DNA of 63,776 nucleotides, filler included, from Aduncisulcus paluster (Eukaryota): NCBI GenBank assembly GCA_024181965.1. It is 7 parts of 7 records of this genome, joined end to end, with 100 filler letters (N's around TTAATTAATTAA, not from the genome) between each part and the next. Parts side by side here need not be neighbours in the genome. Positions count along the whole stretch, not along the records: positions 8,288 to 17,956 come from BQXS01013327.1; positions 18,057 to 24,783 come from BQXS01013412.1; 5 more parts are not named here. One strand, 5' to 3'. The translations under genes and the position numbers were made by a program. A model generated the notes under the pieces. That model was not told the origin of the DNA. It made no database searches and saw only the letters and a list, made by a program, of their open reading frames with translations. Below, one piece after another: positions 10,763-22,700 of this stretch (positions within the stretch are counted from its first letter, which is position 1; each line of letters begins with the position of its first letter).

Positions 10763-12289
10763 TCATTTCCCAACAACATAGTAAAAGTCTTCTTCACTAT
10801 GGAAACAGCCCTCAATCCATTGAGCATGGAGAGGTGAATAAACGTTCGAAATGGTTGGCAATGTTTCTTTCTTCAATACTTTTTGTAAATGCAACGATCT
10901 GTCCCTGACAATTTGCTCACTTGAAAGATCATAATCACCAATCTGAGGGTGAACAACGGGGAAAAGCCACTTATCATAATAAGGGGGGCTCCTGGGAGCA
11001 ACAGGAGGAAGAGTAATGATGCACTGGGTGAGTTTACCACCCGGATGGCCAAAATCAACACCCTTGATATGAGGACCGATTGTACTGGCGGTCGAATCAA
11101 CTCCTCTATGGGGAGAATTCAGGTCTAATAGACACTTGACAAGTCCACGCCGATCTTCAAACTCAACAAACACACTTCTTGTCTGTCGATCATGTGAGGG
11201 TTCCCTAACGGCCTTCACGTCATACTTCTCAAGAGCAGTACATAGCATTGTACGTGATAGTGCTTGGTCACACTGAAATAAGACCAAACGACCCATGTTC
11301 GAGAGGCAAAAGGCATCACGACATGAACGGGTCTGAGCTCTAAAAATGACACGGCCATTCGTGGGATCAGGCACAGTTCCAGTTGGAAGCGGAACGGACA
11401 CGGCACACTTTTTGTCATCGTGTGTCATCGGAAGAACATAAAAGACCTCCCCGATATCAACAGGGATGTTAACATAAGATAATAAAGATGTAGATGTCGT
11501 GGGAGAAGAAGCAGAGATGGCAGGAGGAATGTGAAATGGATCTGAAGGATCAATGCGGTCCTCAGTACTAAAAGATGGGGGTTCATGAAGAGGTGTGATT
11601 TCGCGCGGAACGGGATAGAGAATACGATTAGACCGAATGTGGGTTGAAAACCAGTCATATGCCTTCGCAGCATACGCCTGAGACTGAAAACAAATAATTA
11701 AAATATCGTCTGCCAAATAATGAGGAATGATAGCAGAAACTGAATTGGGTGGGAGACCACATCCACCACATGAGCACCTTATGAACATCGAGGGTTCTGT
11801 ATAGGGGGTCTTTTCAGCCAATTTGGTCTGACCAATGAGAGAAGCATCAGTTTCGGAGATCATTAGGTCGACCCAAGGCAATTCGGTAATATGGCACTCA
11901 GCAGTTCCACCAGCACAATTTACACCGGGAACAGATCCGAAAAGCATTTTTACAATCTGGTGTAAGGCTATTTTCTTCAATCCGGGGCATCGAATGGCAA
12001 TAGCATGGGTCCCTACGTCACTCATGGCGGGTAAATGATCCCCTCGATATGAAGCTCCAATAGGCATCATTCGAAGATGTCTCTCAGACCAAGACCTGGT
12101 GCTTGGGGCAGGGGTAAAAGAATAAGAAGGTGGAGGTGGATGATAAGATCGTCCTGGAACGGCTGCGTATGGCCATTGATAAGCAGGCGCAGGAGCTGAA
12201 TAATACCCATTTACGGATTGAGAATATGGGTATGGCATATAATGGGGAGATTGGCCGTGATGAGAATGTTTTGGTACCCAAGGATACAT
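10763..12289 (-). CDS. RRM RNA-binding protein resembling the Mei2/AML/TEL N-terminal RRM pair
   Basis: NMGRLVLFQCDQALSRTMLCTALEKYDVKAVREPSHDRQTRSVFVEFEDRRGLVKCLLDLN...HPGG parallels the Mei2-like RRM2 pattern NQGTLVVFNLD...IRETP...FIEFYDVR.A..AL..LN...RPGG. A degenerate upstream RRM is present (ILIICFQSQAYAAKAY), and the N-terminus is Pro/Tyr-rich. Confidence 0.65.
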   Translation of the reverse strand: MYPWVPKHSHHGQSPHYMPYPYSQSVNGYYSAPAPAYQWPYAAVPGRSYHPPPPSYSFTPAPSTRSWSERHLRMMPIGASYRGDHLPAMSDVGTHAIAIRCPGLKKIALHQIVKMLFGSVPGVNCAGGTAECHITELPWVDLMISETDASLIGQTKLAEKTPYTEPSMFIRCSCGGCGLPPNSVSAIIPHYLADDILIICFQSQAYAAKAYDWFSTHIRSNRILYPVPREITPLHEPPSFSTEDRIDPSDPFHIPPAISASSPTTSTSLLSYVNIPVDIGEVFYVLPMTHDDKKCAVSVPLPTGTVPDPTNGRVIFRAQTRSCRDAFCLSNMGRLVLFQCDQALSRTMLCTALEKYDVKAVREPSHDRQTRSVFVEFEDRRGLVKCLLDLNSPHRGVDSTASTIGPHIKGVDFGHPGGKLTQCIITLPPVAPRSPPYYDKWLFPVVHPQIGDYDLSSEQIVRDRSLHLQKVLKKETLPTISNVYSPLHAQWIEGCFHSEEDFYYVVGK

Positions 12290-12678
12290 ATAGCCGAGAT
12301 CAAATCGGTGATTTTTTGTGTTTCAGATTCGTTCATGCATATCAGCCAAAAAAAATAAAGTTAAAAAAAATATCTTGCATTCTTTTAAATATTTTTGGTT
12401 TTAAATGGTAATTAACATCCTAAATCCAAATAAACTGTTTATATGGTGATTCACATTATTTATTAAATATTCAATGCATAAAATTGCCTTTTTTATTATT
12501 ATATATAAAGAAATATTGTATTTGACTATTGTTGAATTTAAAATGGCAGTATTAGAAAATCGAGTGGTTCTTTGACCTTTATCCATTCAATATAAAAGAG
12601 CAATCAAGAAAAAAACAATTTTATTCCTTCTTTACTTTCCAAATATCCGTAAAAATAAGTTAATTATCCTGTATTACA

Positions 12679-15600
12679 ATGTATGGAGGTTCATTTTCTC
12701 ATTCCCAATCATTTGATGATGAATTTGATAATTTTAATGACAAAATGGGTTATATAGACCCTCTTCAACATCACCATGTTAAAGTTGCCCCCACAAATTC
12801 CTCAGTTCTATACCTACCGCCTGAAGAACGCACCTCTTCGAGTTATAACAAATCTAGTATATACCGCAAAAAACAACCATTACCATCAATGGCACCTACA
12901 TCAACAACCATGGATGCCCCCATCGATGATAAATCTAAAGTTCATCTCCCCACCCTCACTCCAACCCAATCTCCAGTCCATACCCCTCGTTCTAGAATTG
13001 ACCTTCCTGATCAAGGTCGCCATAGTTCATTTTCCAAGAGATTTTCGAAACAAGATATTGGAATTCGTCGTGATTCAGAGGGTAGTCCACATTCTTGTCA
13101 TAGAATTCCATCTCGAGGTCGAAAACATCGTCACTCGGCCCAATCGTCGACTCTTGCTCTTCCAGCCAAGAGACGAACCCCCAAACGTTGTAAATCTGTT
13201 GCAGATCCTCCCCTTGATTCTTCAATACCGTCCAATGACAAAGGTTTGGGTAAAGGAATCGTTCAATTGTGCCAAAAAGAAGGGTATTTGAAACGAGAGT
13301 GGTTAAGAGTCACAGCTGCATTCCATATCTGTGTATTATTTAGAAGAGATGATGATCTTATCGCTGAGATAGATGAGGAAGAAGAGGAGGAGGAGGGAAG
13401 AAGAAGAGGAGGAGGAAGAGGAAGAGGAAGAGGAAGAGGAAGAAGAGGAAGAGGAGGAATATGAAGAGGAGGAAGAGATCTCAATGCAATATGAAAAACC
13501 TGTGAAGGTGAGCAAAATGAAACAAAGGTTACAGCATTGGAAAGAAGCAAGGGCACAAAAGAAGAGAGACAAGGAAGCAGAAAAAGAGAAAATGCATAAA
13601 GAAGCTATAAGAACAAAGAACAGGATTAAGCGAGCAGAGTTTGAGAAGATTAGAGCCCAACAAATAATTCGAGATCGTTTACAATATGGTCCTTTGCCTC
13701 CTCCAATACCAGTGTCCCATCTTATTGCCGTCAGCCCTGGTCCAGCATGTGATAGCGGTATTGTGTCTGGATGTGTTTCTTTCTTGTTCAACTTGGCTAT
13801 TTTTAGACAATTTTTATGTCCAAGTTTCTCAACAAAGTCACATATCTTCTCATGCTATATTTACACCCCCAAGGAACTAATAATAGAAACAGATGATACA
13901 ATTCCCTTCATTTTGCGCGTTGGAGGAGGTGAAGAAGGGCGAATTGATGGTGGCACCGATCTTGAAGAAGAAGAGAAGAAGAAAGAACTTGAAAAGGAAG
14001 AAAAAGAGGAAGAGGTTACAACCCTCTCTAAAAAATACAAATCACCTGATGTTGCTGCCTGGCCGTTTTGTTCTCTTTCTTTATCTGTAGGGGAAATCTG
14101 GATGACGGTAATGGAGAAATTAGTCGCAAAGCAAATGGGTGGATCTTATGGGAGTTTATATAAAAATAATCCGTGCATGTACCTTGAAATGCTTACGGGA
14201 GGAATGCCCATTCGTTGTATCCCTGCCAGTACACCAGATGCTCTAATTCAAAACTTAAAATACTTTCTCAGACATGCGTCTATATTTGTGTGCAGCACCG
14301 GATTAATCACTGATCATGGTGCTATTTTTAGATATGCGCAAAGTATCCAGAAAGAAATGGAGCTCGGGACAGAAGTTGTGATGTTAAGGGAGATTGTGAA
14401 AGAGAAGATGCGATTGGATCAGAAAGCTGGGATATTGGAGTGGGAAATGAGAGAAATAGCAAGACAGCAGACAAAGATGGAATCTGTCGATCCTCCTTCG
14501 AAAATAGACGGGACATATGATCATCTTTCTCAAGATACAACTATAAATAGTTCAGCGATTAAACAACATATGACATCTTCCTCTTCAAGTGCTTCAACGA
14601 CTACAGCCACATCCACCAAATTTGAAGCAGCACCTTCTTTTGATTTTAGTGATGATTATTCCATTTCCTCTTCATCTTTGGGCGATATTAAGCTCCCCAA
14701 AACAAAGATAAACTTTGGATATGATCAAAGCAATGATTTAATAAGCGAAAGTTCATCTGAAGAAGAAGAAGAAGAAGAAGAAGAAGAAGAAGAAGAGGAA
14801 GTACACATTTCATCTCCTCTCTCAACTATCTTAAAGCAATATGAATCTAAAAAAAGAAAATATGAGAAAATGGCTAAGTTATCGTTATTAAATGCTCCTC
14901 TTGGATTGCCAAAGGGTCTTTGCTTTGGTATTTGTGATATTATTACCGTACCTCCAAAAATATCTAGAAAAGATCATGACATTATCCTTGTAAAATTGTT
15001 CAACCCTTTTAGGGATCACACTCATTTTAGAGGTACATTCAATGAGAGTGCTTCCATTTGGTCCACGACCGAGTTGGCTCAGTTTCTCAACCATAAAGAG
15101 CGCGATGGATATATTTTTGTTGAGATATGTGAGTTTATGAGGGTATTTCCAGTGCTTCAGGGTGTTACATACCCCTCTTTATATCCTAATTCACAAATAC
15201 ACTCCATTATGCTAGATCCTGAGTTTGATTCTGTCAATTCCACCATTCTATTGTCGGTAAAACCCAGAAATGTTAAGACTACATTATTTGTTTCAGCAGT
15301 GACACCGATTCCTTTCGTTAAATCTAAAATTGGAACACATCTGGGGATTTGTATTTGTAAACGTGGTGAGAAAAGTCCCTTATTTAGATATTATGGTGGC
15401 CATTGTGCACTTGAAACCATTGGAATTCCCGCCATCCCTTCCTTGACAACTCAGACATCATCAAAAGGTTCAAAGGCCCCTCAATATATTATGTTCGAGA
15501 TAACTCCAACAATAAGGCACCAAAAGGAGTGTACAAAAGTAGAGATTTGTGTGTTTGGTGAAGGGGAGTTCCATTTTAGTACAATGAAGGAAGGAGAAGC

Positions 15601-15748
15601 CGACAAACGAGTTCCAGGTGATGTACAGAGATGGAAAGAAGGAAATAGAAGGGAACAAATTATTTCAGCTTTAAGAAAGGATGAATCATATGATTTTAAA
15701 GAAGAAGAAGAAGTAGATCAACATGAAGATCATTGTTTGTGTTGTTGA
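12679..15748 (+). CDS. Calpain-like (CysPc) pseudoprotease, split by a single-base frameshift in the poly-Glu tract near 13395-13397
   Basis: Calpain motifs EIWMTVMEKLVAKQMGGSYGSL...LTGG, LVKLFNPF...FRGTFNES...W and DGYIFVEICEF. Poly-E is in one frame before gaggg (~13393-13397) and in the next frame after it; removing one base gives a 1022-aa ORF. Confidence 0.8.
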
Positions 15749-16106
15749 TGATCTGAGGTTAGTAATGATTTTGAAATATTGTCAGTCGTCATATATATAA
15801 AATTTATATTTATTTCTCATTGTATATATATAATTTGCATTACAAATAGATCACTGTGGAGAGTTAGCTTTATCTCTTGCATTGATGAATATATTGAAAT
15901 TATTTTGAATAAATAAAATATAAATAAATGAATTAGTTGATATTTATGATTTAACTTTTGCTGATCTTATCTAATTTAGATTTTAGAGTATTCTACATCC
16001 TTAGATGTCAGTTGCCCAAGAAAATTATTTTTTAAGGTTTTTACATTTTCATCATTTCTTATTTACTGCTAATTTCTACTGAATTTATCTCGAATTCTTA
16101 AATATT

Positions 16107-16445
16107 ATGACTCCTAAAGATATTGAATACCTTTCTCCAGAATTGACCGAAGTTCTTCGTGAAAAAGAATCAAAAGTTGTTGATGCCCTTTCTACTGCTC
16201 TAATTCATTCATCAAATCATGCCGCTAAAATATTACACGCCAAGTCTAAAGGGGATAAAGAATCAATATATACAATGGTCGAATTGAAGGTTAAGACTGA
16301 GCGACAATCAAGGAAAAATGCTAAAGCTAAAGAAATATCATCCTATGCTTGTCATTTAGTTGAATCATATGGTTCTTTAGATGATTTGATTACATTAACG
16401 AGACAGACTATTCTTCTTGCAAAAGGAATCCTGAAAAAGAAGTAA
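16107..16445 (+). CDS. Small helical protein (112 aa), weakly BORCS8/MEF2BNB-like
   Basis: Clean ATG-TAA ORF between AT-rich spacers. KESKVVD...SN and SYACHLV...LTRQTI loosely recall BORCS8; family call is tentative. Confidence 0.6.
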   Translation: MTPKDIEYLSPELTEVLREKESKVVDALSTALIHSSNHAAKILHAKSKGDKESIYTMVELKVKTERQSRKNAKAKEISSYACHLVESYGSLDDLITLTRQTILLAKGILKKK

Positions 16446-16520
16446 ATAATAAAATTAATCGTAAATAATAACAAGTATTGATCGATATATTTATTAAATT
16501 GTATTATATTGCTTGATTAT

Positions 16521-17057
16521 TCACTTTCTATTGATATTTCCAACGGATCCTTCTCGGATCATTCTTGCGAGATCCATATCGTCTTTTCGTAAGGTAATTC
16601 TTTTTGCATGCAAAGCACATGCATTTGCATCACGAAATATGCCAATAAGACGAGCTTCTAAGGCTTCTTGAAGGGCGAATAATGCACGTTGTTCCCAAGG
16701 ACGAACCCTATACTTTTTACGTTTTGCATAATCCAAATTTTTATCTTTAAATACAACTTTATAACCATATTCCCTTTTGCTTTCAAGAGTATTCATTTTT
16801 TTTGTTACACTTCTGGCAATCTCTCGTACAACATCAGCAAAGGCCAATCTATGAATAATATGTGGTGATCTATCTTGATAATGTAATATTTCTTTCATAA
16901 GTTTTCTATTTTTTGTCAATGGATAATGTTGAACATGTCTGGGAGTGTGTTTCGATCTAGACGATTTAGCTCGGCGAACCATTCCTGTTGTTCTCCCATA
17001 TCCTCCATGTATTTTAGGCGAAGGAGAATAACTCCTACTCATAATTTGCTCAGACAT
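16521..17057 (-). CDS. Divergent histone H3 variant, probable centromeric CenH3/CENP-A
   Basis: Histone fold EILHYQ...F..VVREIA...ALFALQEALEARLIGIFRDANACALHAKRITLRKDDMDLARMIR. No ARTKQTARKS tail; H3 Q68->A, F84->W, T107->A and an extended loop 1. First ATG is at 17057 (the ORF track uses TTG at 17075). Confidence 0.85.
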   Translation of the reverse strand: MSEQIMSRSYSPSPKIHGGYGRTTGMVRRAKSSRSKHTPRHVQHYPLTKNRKLMKEILHYQDRSPHIIHRLAFADVVREIARSVTKKMNTLESKREYGYKVVFKDKNLDYAKRKKYRVRPWEQRALFALQEALEARLIGIFRDANACALHAKRITLRKDDMDLARMIREGSVGNINRK

Positions 17058-17428
17058 TGTTTCTTTTGTAACCAAATTGCGCCGTTTTTAATTAAATGTC
17101 GATGATGAAGTACAATTTAAAAATTAGTGCAGATGATGTCTTTTTGATGTTATATATATGCCATGAAAGAGTAAAAATATGCATTTTACCAATTGTTAAA
17201 GACTCCTACAAAGTTTACCCCAATTTGTTCGAAAGGAAGCAATAATTTATATGTATGTACCTATTTTTGTTATTTTCTATATGTCATTAAATATAATATG
17301 ATAAATTTATATAAGTTAACCTCTATTTTTCGATTTTCTCACAGATTTTTCTTCCAGAAGCCATTAGATTAATTTTATTGAAATTTTTATAATATTCAAG
17401 ATTTATAAAACAATAGAAAAACCGCTGC

Positions 17429-17956
17429 ATGCGATCTACAGACATTTTCTCAGCATATTCTGGTGAATCTGGAGTAGTCTCTCCTGGACAGTTTCAACCA
17501 TCACCATTTCAGCAATTTCAAAATTCTCCACAATTTAATTCTCCATCGCATGTTGATAGGACCGAAAGTTTTCTTCTTCGGCCTCCCCCAACCCCTCCAA
17601 TTAAACATACTTCTTCTCTCCTTATAACTCCTCAAGCACAGTGCAGTAAGCTCTTGAATGATGCTTATTTATATGCTAGTCATGGACGATGGAGTGTCAG
17701 TCTGGAACTTGGTCTCAGAGCCCTGAAATTCATAGATGCCAACAAACCTCATAGTGCTCCTCTCACGGCCCCATCTGAGACCTCATCGCCATATATTCCA
17801 CATCCTCCAAGTTCAAAACGGGGAAAAAGAGGGAGAAAACTACGCTTAAAGAACAAATCGAATCCCATGACGAGCCAACCATCTATCTCCTCATCCGCCA
17901 CGCATAAAACATCTACATTATTGGCTCTTCCTAATACCTCCTTGATTTCATCATCA
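17429..17956 (+). CDS. Hypothetical Ser/Pro-rich protein, 5' part (runs into contig end)
   Basis: ATG after an AT-rich spacer, open to the spacer; contains a short helical hairpin (KLLNDAYLYASHGRWSVSLELGLRALKF). Confidence 0.75.
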
Positions 17957-18056
17957 NNNNNNNNNNNNNNNNNNNNNNNNNNNNNNNNNNNNNNNNNNNN
18001 TTAATTAATTAANNNNNNNNNNNNNNNNNNNNNNNNNNNNNNNNNNNNNNNNNNNN
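17957..18056. other. Artificial contig-joining spacer
   Basis: 44 N + TTAATTAATTAA + 44 N. Confidence 0.98.
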
Positions 18057-19132
18057 CCAATCATCTTGGCGTTTGTGATACTGACATCATATTTGGGAGA
18101 TATTTGGGGAACAATTGAAGGCACTCTTGAAAGCGCACAAATAAGAGAACACCAATACTGAATTCCCATGCAATCATTCTGCTCTCTTACAACCTCAAAC
18201 CAACGGTCAAGAAGATCGTCTTTAACACAATCATGCACTTCAATGGCTTGGGAAGGAATGCAACTCAAGTTGGAAAAGAAACACAAACATGGAGCGATTG
18301 ACTCATCATCAAATGAAATACCTTTGGATGCTGAATTCTTAATCATGTCCAAGACAGGATGGAACATGAACCAAAGTTGTGAGGAACGGTCTTTGTCGCC
18401 AAAGATATTCTTATTGTCGAGGCAAAGATTCTTCAAGATGTGAACCCATACGAAAAAGATCTTTTTGTCGGAATGCTTCTCCTTCTTCTTCATCATCATC
18501 CAAGGTAAGATATGAGGGCGAAGAAGGGATAAGAGGGAGTTTTTGACGGAGTTAGAAGTTGTAAACCCTAAAGATCTGCATAGTTCAAGCAAATCAAGGA
18601 TAAAAGTATCTTCTAACTTAATAATTTCTTCGATCGATATTGTGAACAGTTTGCCTAACAAAGATATTATTTGTGGGAATATTGGCGAACAAAGGCCAGA
18701 TAATCGTCTAACAAAGATATTCATAATGCTTATAAATTCAACAGTAATCGGACTTACAGCATCATCTTCTTCTTTGCTTGAAACAACCATCTCAACCTCG
18801 ATAATGAAAGGGTGCAACTCAAGGAACATTTGTTCAACTAATGATTTCCCAAGAAATATCAAATTATCATTACCGTCACTACTGCTGAAATTAGGGTTCT
18901 CATGCACTAGAAAAAGTCTCAAACATCGCAGACAAAAAGAAAGTCCAAGTTCACTCTCTTCGATTAGAGAATGGGAGCTAGCAAATTCAAAAACAGCTTT
19001 CATGCGGGGAAATGATTGGACAAAGAGAGAATTTACAGCATGTTGGGAGGATAACTTGGGGATTTTAGAAGCTAACTTTCGGAGAGCTATCGGTGAATAT
19101 GGGTCACCCATGGACTCGCGAACAAACACCAT
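18057..19132 (-). CDS. Protein starting with the ARM/HEAT-like cassette (paralog of the cassettes in 405..6584 and 51884..57064); 3'-truncated
   Basis: Shares KNSLLSLL.PHILPWM, ILKNL.LD, DRSSQLWF.FHPVLD, FF.NLSCIPSQA.EVHDC.KD.LLD.WF and PSIVPQISPKYD. Likely ATG at 19132, just after an A-tract. Confidence 0.85.
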
Positions 19133-19700
19133 TATCTTTTTTTTTTTTTTTTTTTTTTTGTATTTTAATATATAGAATTGCATTCAATGGATGGTTATTG
19201 GATCGTAATTAATGGTATTGTCGAATAGTCGAAAAAGTAGATAGATGTAATTTAGGATTTGAAATATACAAAATGTCATGGAAAGAAGAATTGAAATAAT
19301 AATATGATAGATTTTAATATATAGTTTACCACAAAATAATCACGGAAAAGAAGTAGAACAAGAAGAAACGGATTAATCAAACAACGAAATCATATATCGG
19401 TACACGACAAAAACAAACATAAAATAGCATACGTTTAGGAATGGAATATAATTCTATACAATAAAATATAATAATAAATATTCTGTAACTGGTCCAAAAT
19501 GGTGGAATTCAATGGTTATCGTTTATACAATCAATCCAAGGGAATTTCCCTCTAACTGTTGTTTGTTTACAATTTATTTCCAACTGAATAATAGTTTTAT
19601 TCATGATTTCCCAAAGTGCAAAGGTAATAACTTGAGAACTCCTCGCAAATCAAATTTGTAGATTTTACAATGCTGTCAAGATAATAGCAACATTTTCCCT

Positions 19701-22700
19701 TCACAAGAAATACTTGTTCGCAAGCAACTGGATGGCTGTGGGTCGTTTTTGAGGAGTGTCTCCTATTGTGCATGCAGACACAATCGCAGACAACTCATCG
19801 GGCATGGGGATGAATGACTCAGAATCTGATTGTTCCCAGAGTCGGAATACTTCCTGAATCAACACACCGAATGAGAACATGTCACATGCAGGAGTTGGAT
19901 GAGGTCTTCTATCATTGTTCACATCACGGACAATCTCTGGTGCAATGAACTGTTTTGTCGCGATTCGTATCGTTTGACTCATAACTCGCATTGTACGTTC
20001 ACTACAATCGACAGCACCCTCGAAGTCACACAGAAGACCATTTCCAAACGAGTCAACAATAACATTCTGAGGCTTCAGATCACAATGAACAATATCCTGG
20101 GAATGCAGATATGAAAGACCATGGAGAATGCACTTCAAGATCTTGATGATGTCTTGCAAGGAACGAGGAGTAGAAGATAAAGATATCCACTTGCACAGGT
20201 CACCTTGTTCATAGAATGGGAACAGCAGATATGCACCCTCTTTCTTTGCAGTAAGAGCATGACAATCTGTGAATGCACCCAATAAGGGAACAATATATGG
20301 ACAGTCTCCACATTTACGACTGGTGATGGCAGATCGAAGAAGCTGTCTGAACGATCTTGAATCACTGGTATCAATTGGGAAGAACTTTAGAATAACACGC
20401 AACTCAGAGTGTTCTCCAACAACCTGAGATTGTTCCCAACGAGCTGTGAAGATATTGCCTTCATTCTTAAATCCACCTTGGATGAGTTGTTTGGATCCAC
20501 TTACGTCAGAACTTGTCAGTTGGTGAATATCATGGAATAGTTCAAGATTCATACCAATAGTGAAGAGGAAAGGAATGGAAGAAGTAGTCGTAAAATCATC
20601 ATCCAATACATTGTTCATATTCAGAACAGGGGGGATGGAGAACCCCAAGGAACTCAAGAAGGATGCATGTCGATGGAGTTCAAAAGAACGATGACATTGT
20701 TCATTCATATGAGCACGAACTTGTGAGATGGCATCTTTGTATTGTTTAAGTTTTGTCTTGAGATCTGAGATTGCAAGTGTAATCGACTCGGCATCATCTG
20801 GATCATCAGGGTCCTCGCCAGGAAGTGAAGGGAGTGAAATGGAGAATTGGGAAGAAGTGGATGGTGAAGAGAGTGATTGGCTTCCTTGGCCATGATGTTC
20901 TTGGTCTTCTTCTTCCAAACCTTGTTGAATCTCCTCGAGTTTCTTTGTTAGACTTGCAATCTTATTCTTGATTAAAAGGATCTCGATTTTTCTAGTCCTC
21001 ACGAATTCTTTCATCTTTTCCATATTCTCGGCAATAAACTTCATTTCAGTTGGACTTTGTTCGATCCTCGCAACACTCTTACGCATACTGCACAAGTCAC
21101 GCACTCGAAGCACACAACAGCATGCAGTGAGATACATCTCTTCCCTCATTCGAAGATATGCAATCGCTTGCTCCAACGAACTCGTCTCATTCTTCAGACA
21201 ATCAAGGAAGAAGGGCTCGATATCAGGATTCACACGGATGGATTGAGGAGAACTCAAAGACAGGATGCTTGCAGAATCACTCAATACACCGATCTCTTTC
21301 TTGCACTGATCGATCACATTATCCTCCACATCAACGATGGACATGTCAGCATCAAAACATGAGTCGGATTGCAGTTGTCCATTCAGTCGTGCCTCAAGGG
21401 ATGTGAACTTGGAATCTGTCGTGGAGGCTTGTGAGTGACATTCGGATACCATCGATTGCAAGAACGATATATTCTTGTGAATGAACTCTTTTCGAGCACT
21501 CATTGTTTCTGTGAAGGCTGGGTGCAAGGTTGATCCACAAGATGATGGCAGTGATGAATGAAGGGTGGAGATGAGAGAAAGGATGGAATCATGTGATGTT
21601 GTGTTCTCATTCTTGATNNNNNNNNNNNNNNNNNNNNTCGTGGAGGCTTGTGAGTGACATTCGGATACCATCGATTGCAAGAACGATATATTCTTGTGAA
21701 TGAACTCTTTTCGAGCACTCATTGTTTCTGTGAAGGCTGGGTGCAAGGTTGATCCACAAGATGATGGCAGTGATGAATGAAGGGTGGAGATGAGAGAAAG
21801 GATGGAATCATGTGATGTTGTGTTCTCATTCTTGATGGTTTTGTTCTGAGGGCTCTTCTGAGAGTGAGAGTGAGAAGGATGAGAATAAGAAGTGGAATCA
21901 ACAGAATCAATAACAGAGCCATCTTCACCACAATGAACAGGGATAGAGGCTGAGTTGATACAGAAAGATATGGAAGATAGGAATGGATCAGAATAATCTT
22001 TCCTCGAATATTCACTTGAACAGTTACTTGAACAGTCACTTAAACAGTCACTTTCCCCATCCTTCTTCTCTTCCTTTTTCTCTCCATCAACTCCCTCTTC
22101 TTCACTCTTGACACTTGATGATAACACTCCATGCAGAATCGAACTGACTTCACTCACAAGAGCTTCGAGATCAATGGTTCCAATTTGTTCAATTTCACTC
22201 CATGAATCATCCACAAGAACAGCCATATCAAAACAAGAGTGTTTCTCACTTTGACCATATTTAGAAACACATTCCTCAAAGACTGATGCAACCTTATCGA
22301 ATTGGACAAGACATTCAGACAAAGGTTTGGATAGATGTTCACTCGATGTTATCAAAGATGATCGTGTGCAGACACTGTGGCCAGAAGAACCATGGGGCTG
22401 CTCAAGACCACTGAGATATTGTGAGAGGAATTGTAACAGGAATGAACACACAGATTCGTTGGCTTTGATCACATGTTCCATCCTTGATGAAGTGATACGA
22501 GAGCAGACACGAGAACACTCCGAACAGATGGCATTGATCTTGGATTCTAATAGTTCAGAAGAAATTGGTTCGGCAGGGAGTGAAGAGAGACATAACTCAC
22601 GTAAATTATGCAAGTCACGATATCCTGCAACATCGGGCATATGAATGGCATCCATGGCATTGTGAACATCTTCGTTCGCAAGCTGATCATTCGTGTACAC

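Noticed and set aside
10017..10827. Short hydrophobic minus-strand ORFs as membrane proteins
   Set aside because: They are by-products of T-rich sequence (Phe/Leu/Ile/Tyr codons) with no motif.
13284..13343. GT...AG segment as an intron that fixes the calpain frameshift
   Set aside because: It is 60 nt (frame-neutral) and lies upstream of the point where the frame must change.
16440..16530. Giardia-type AGTRAA polyadenylation signals overlapping the stops of the two convergent genes (AGTAAAT, AGTGAAT)
   Set aside because: Not seen consistently at other gene ends; AAG followed by a stop codon produces it by chance.
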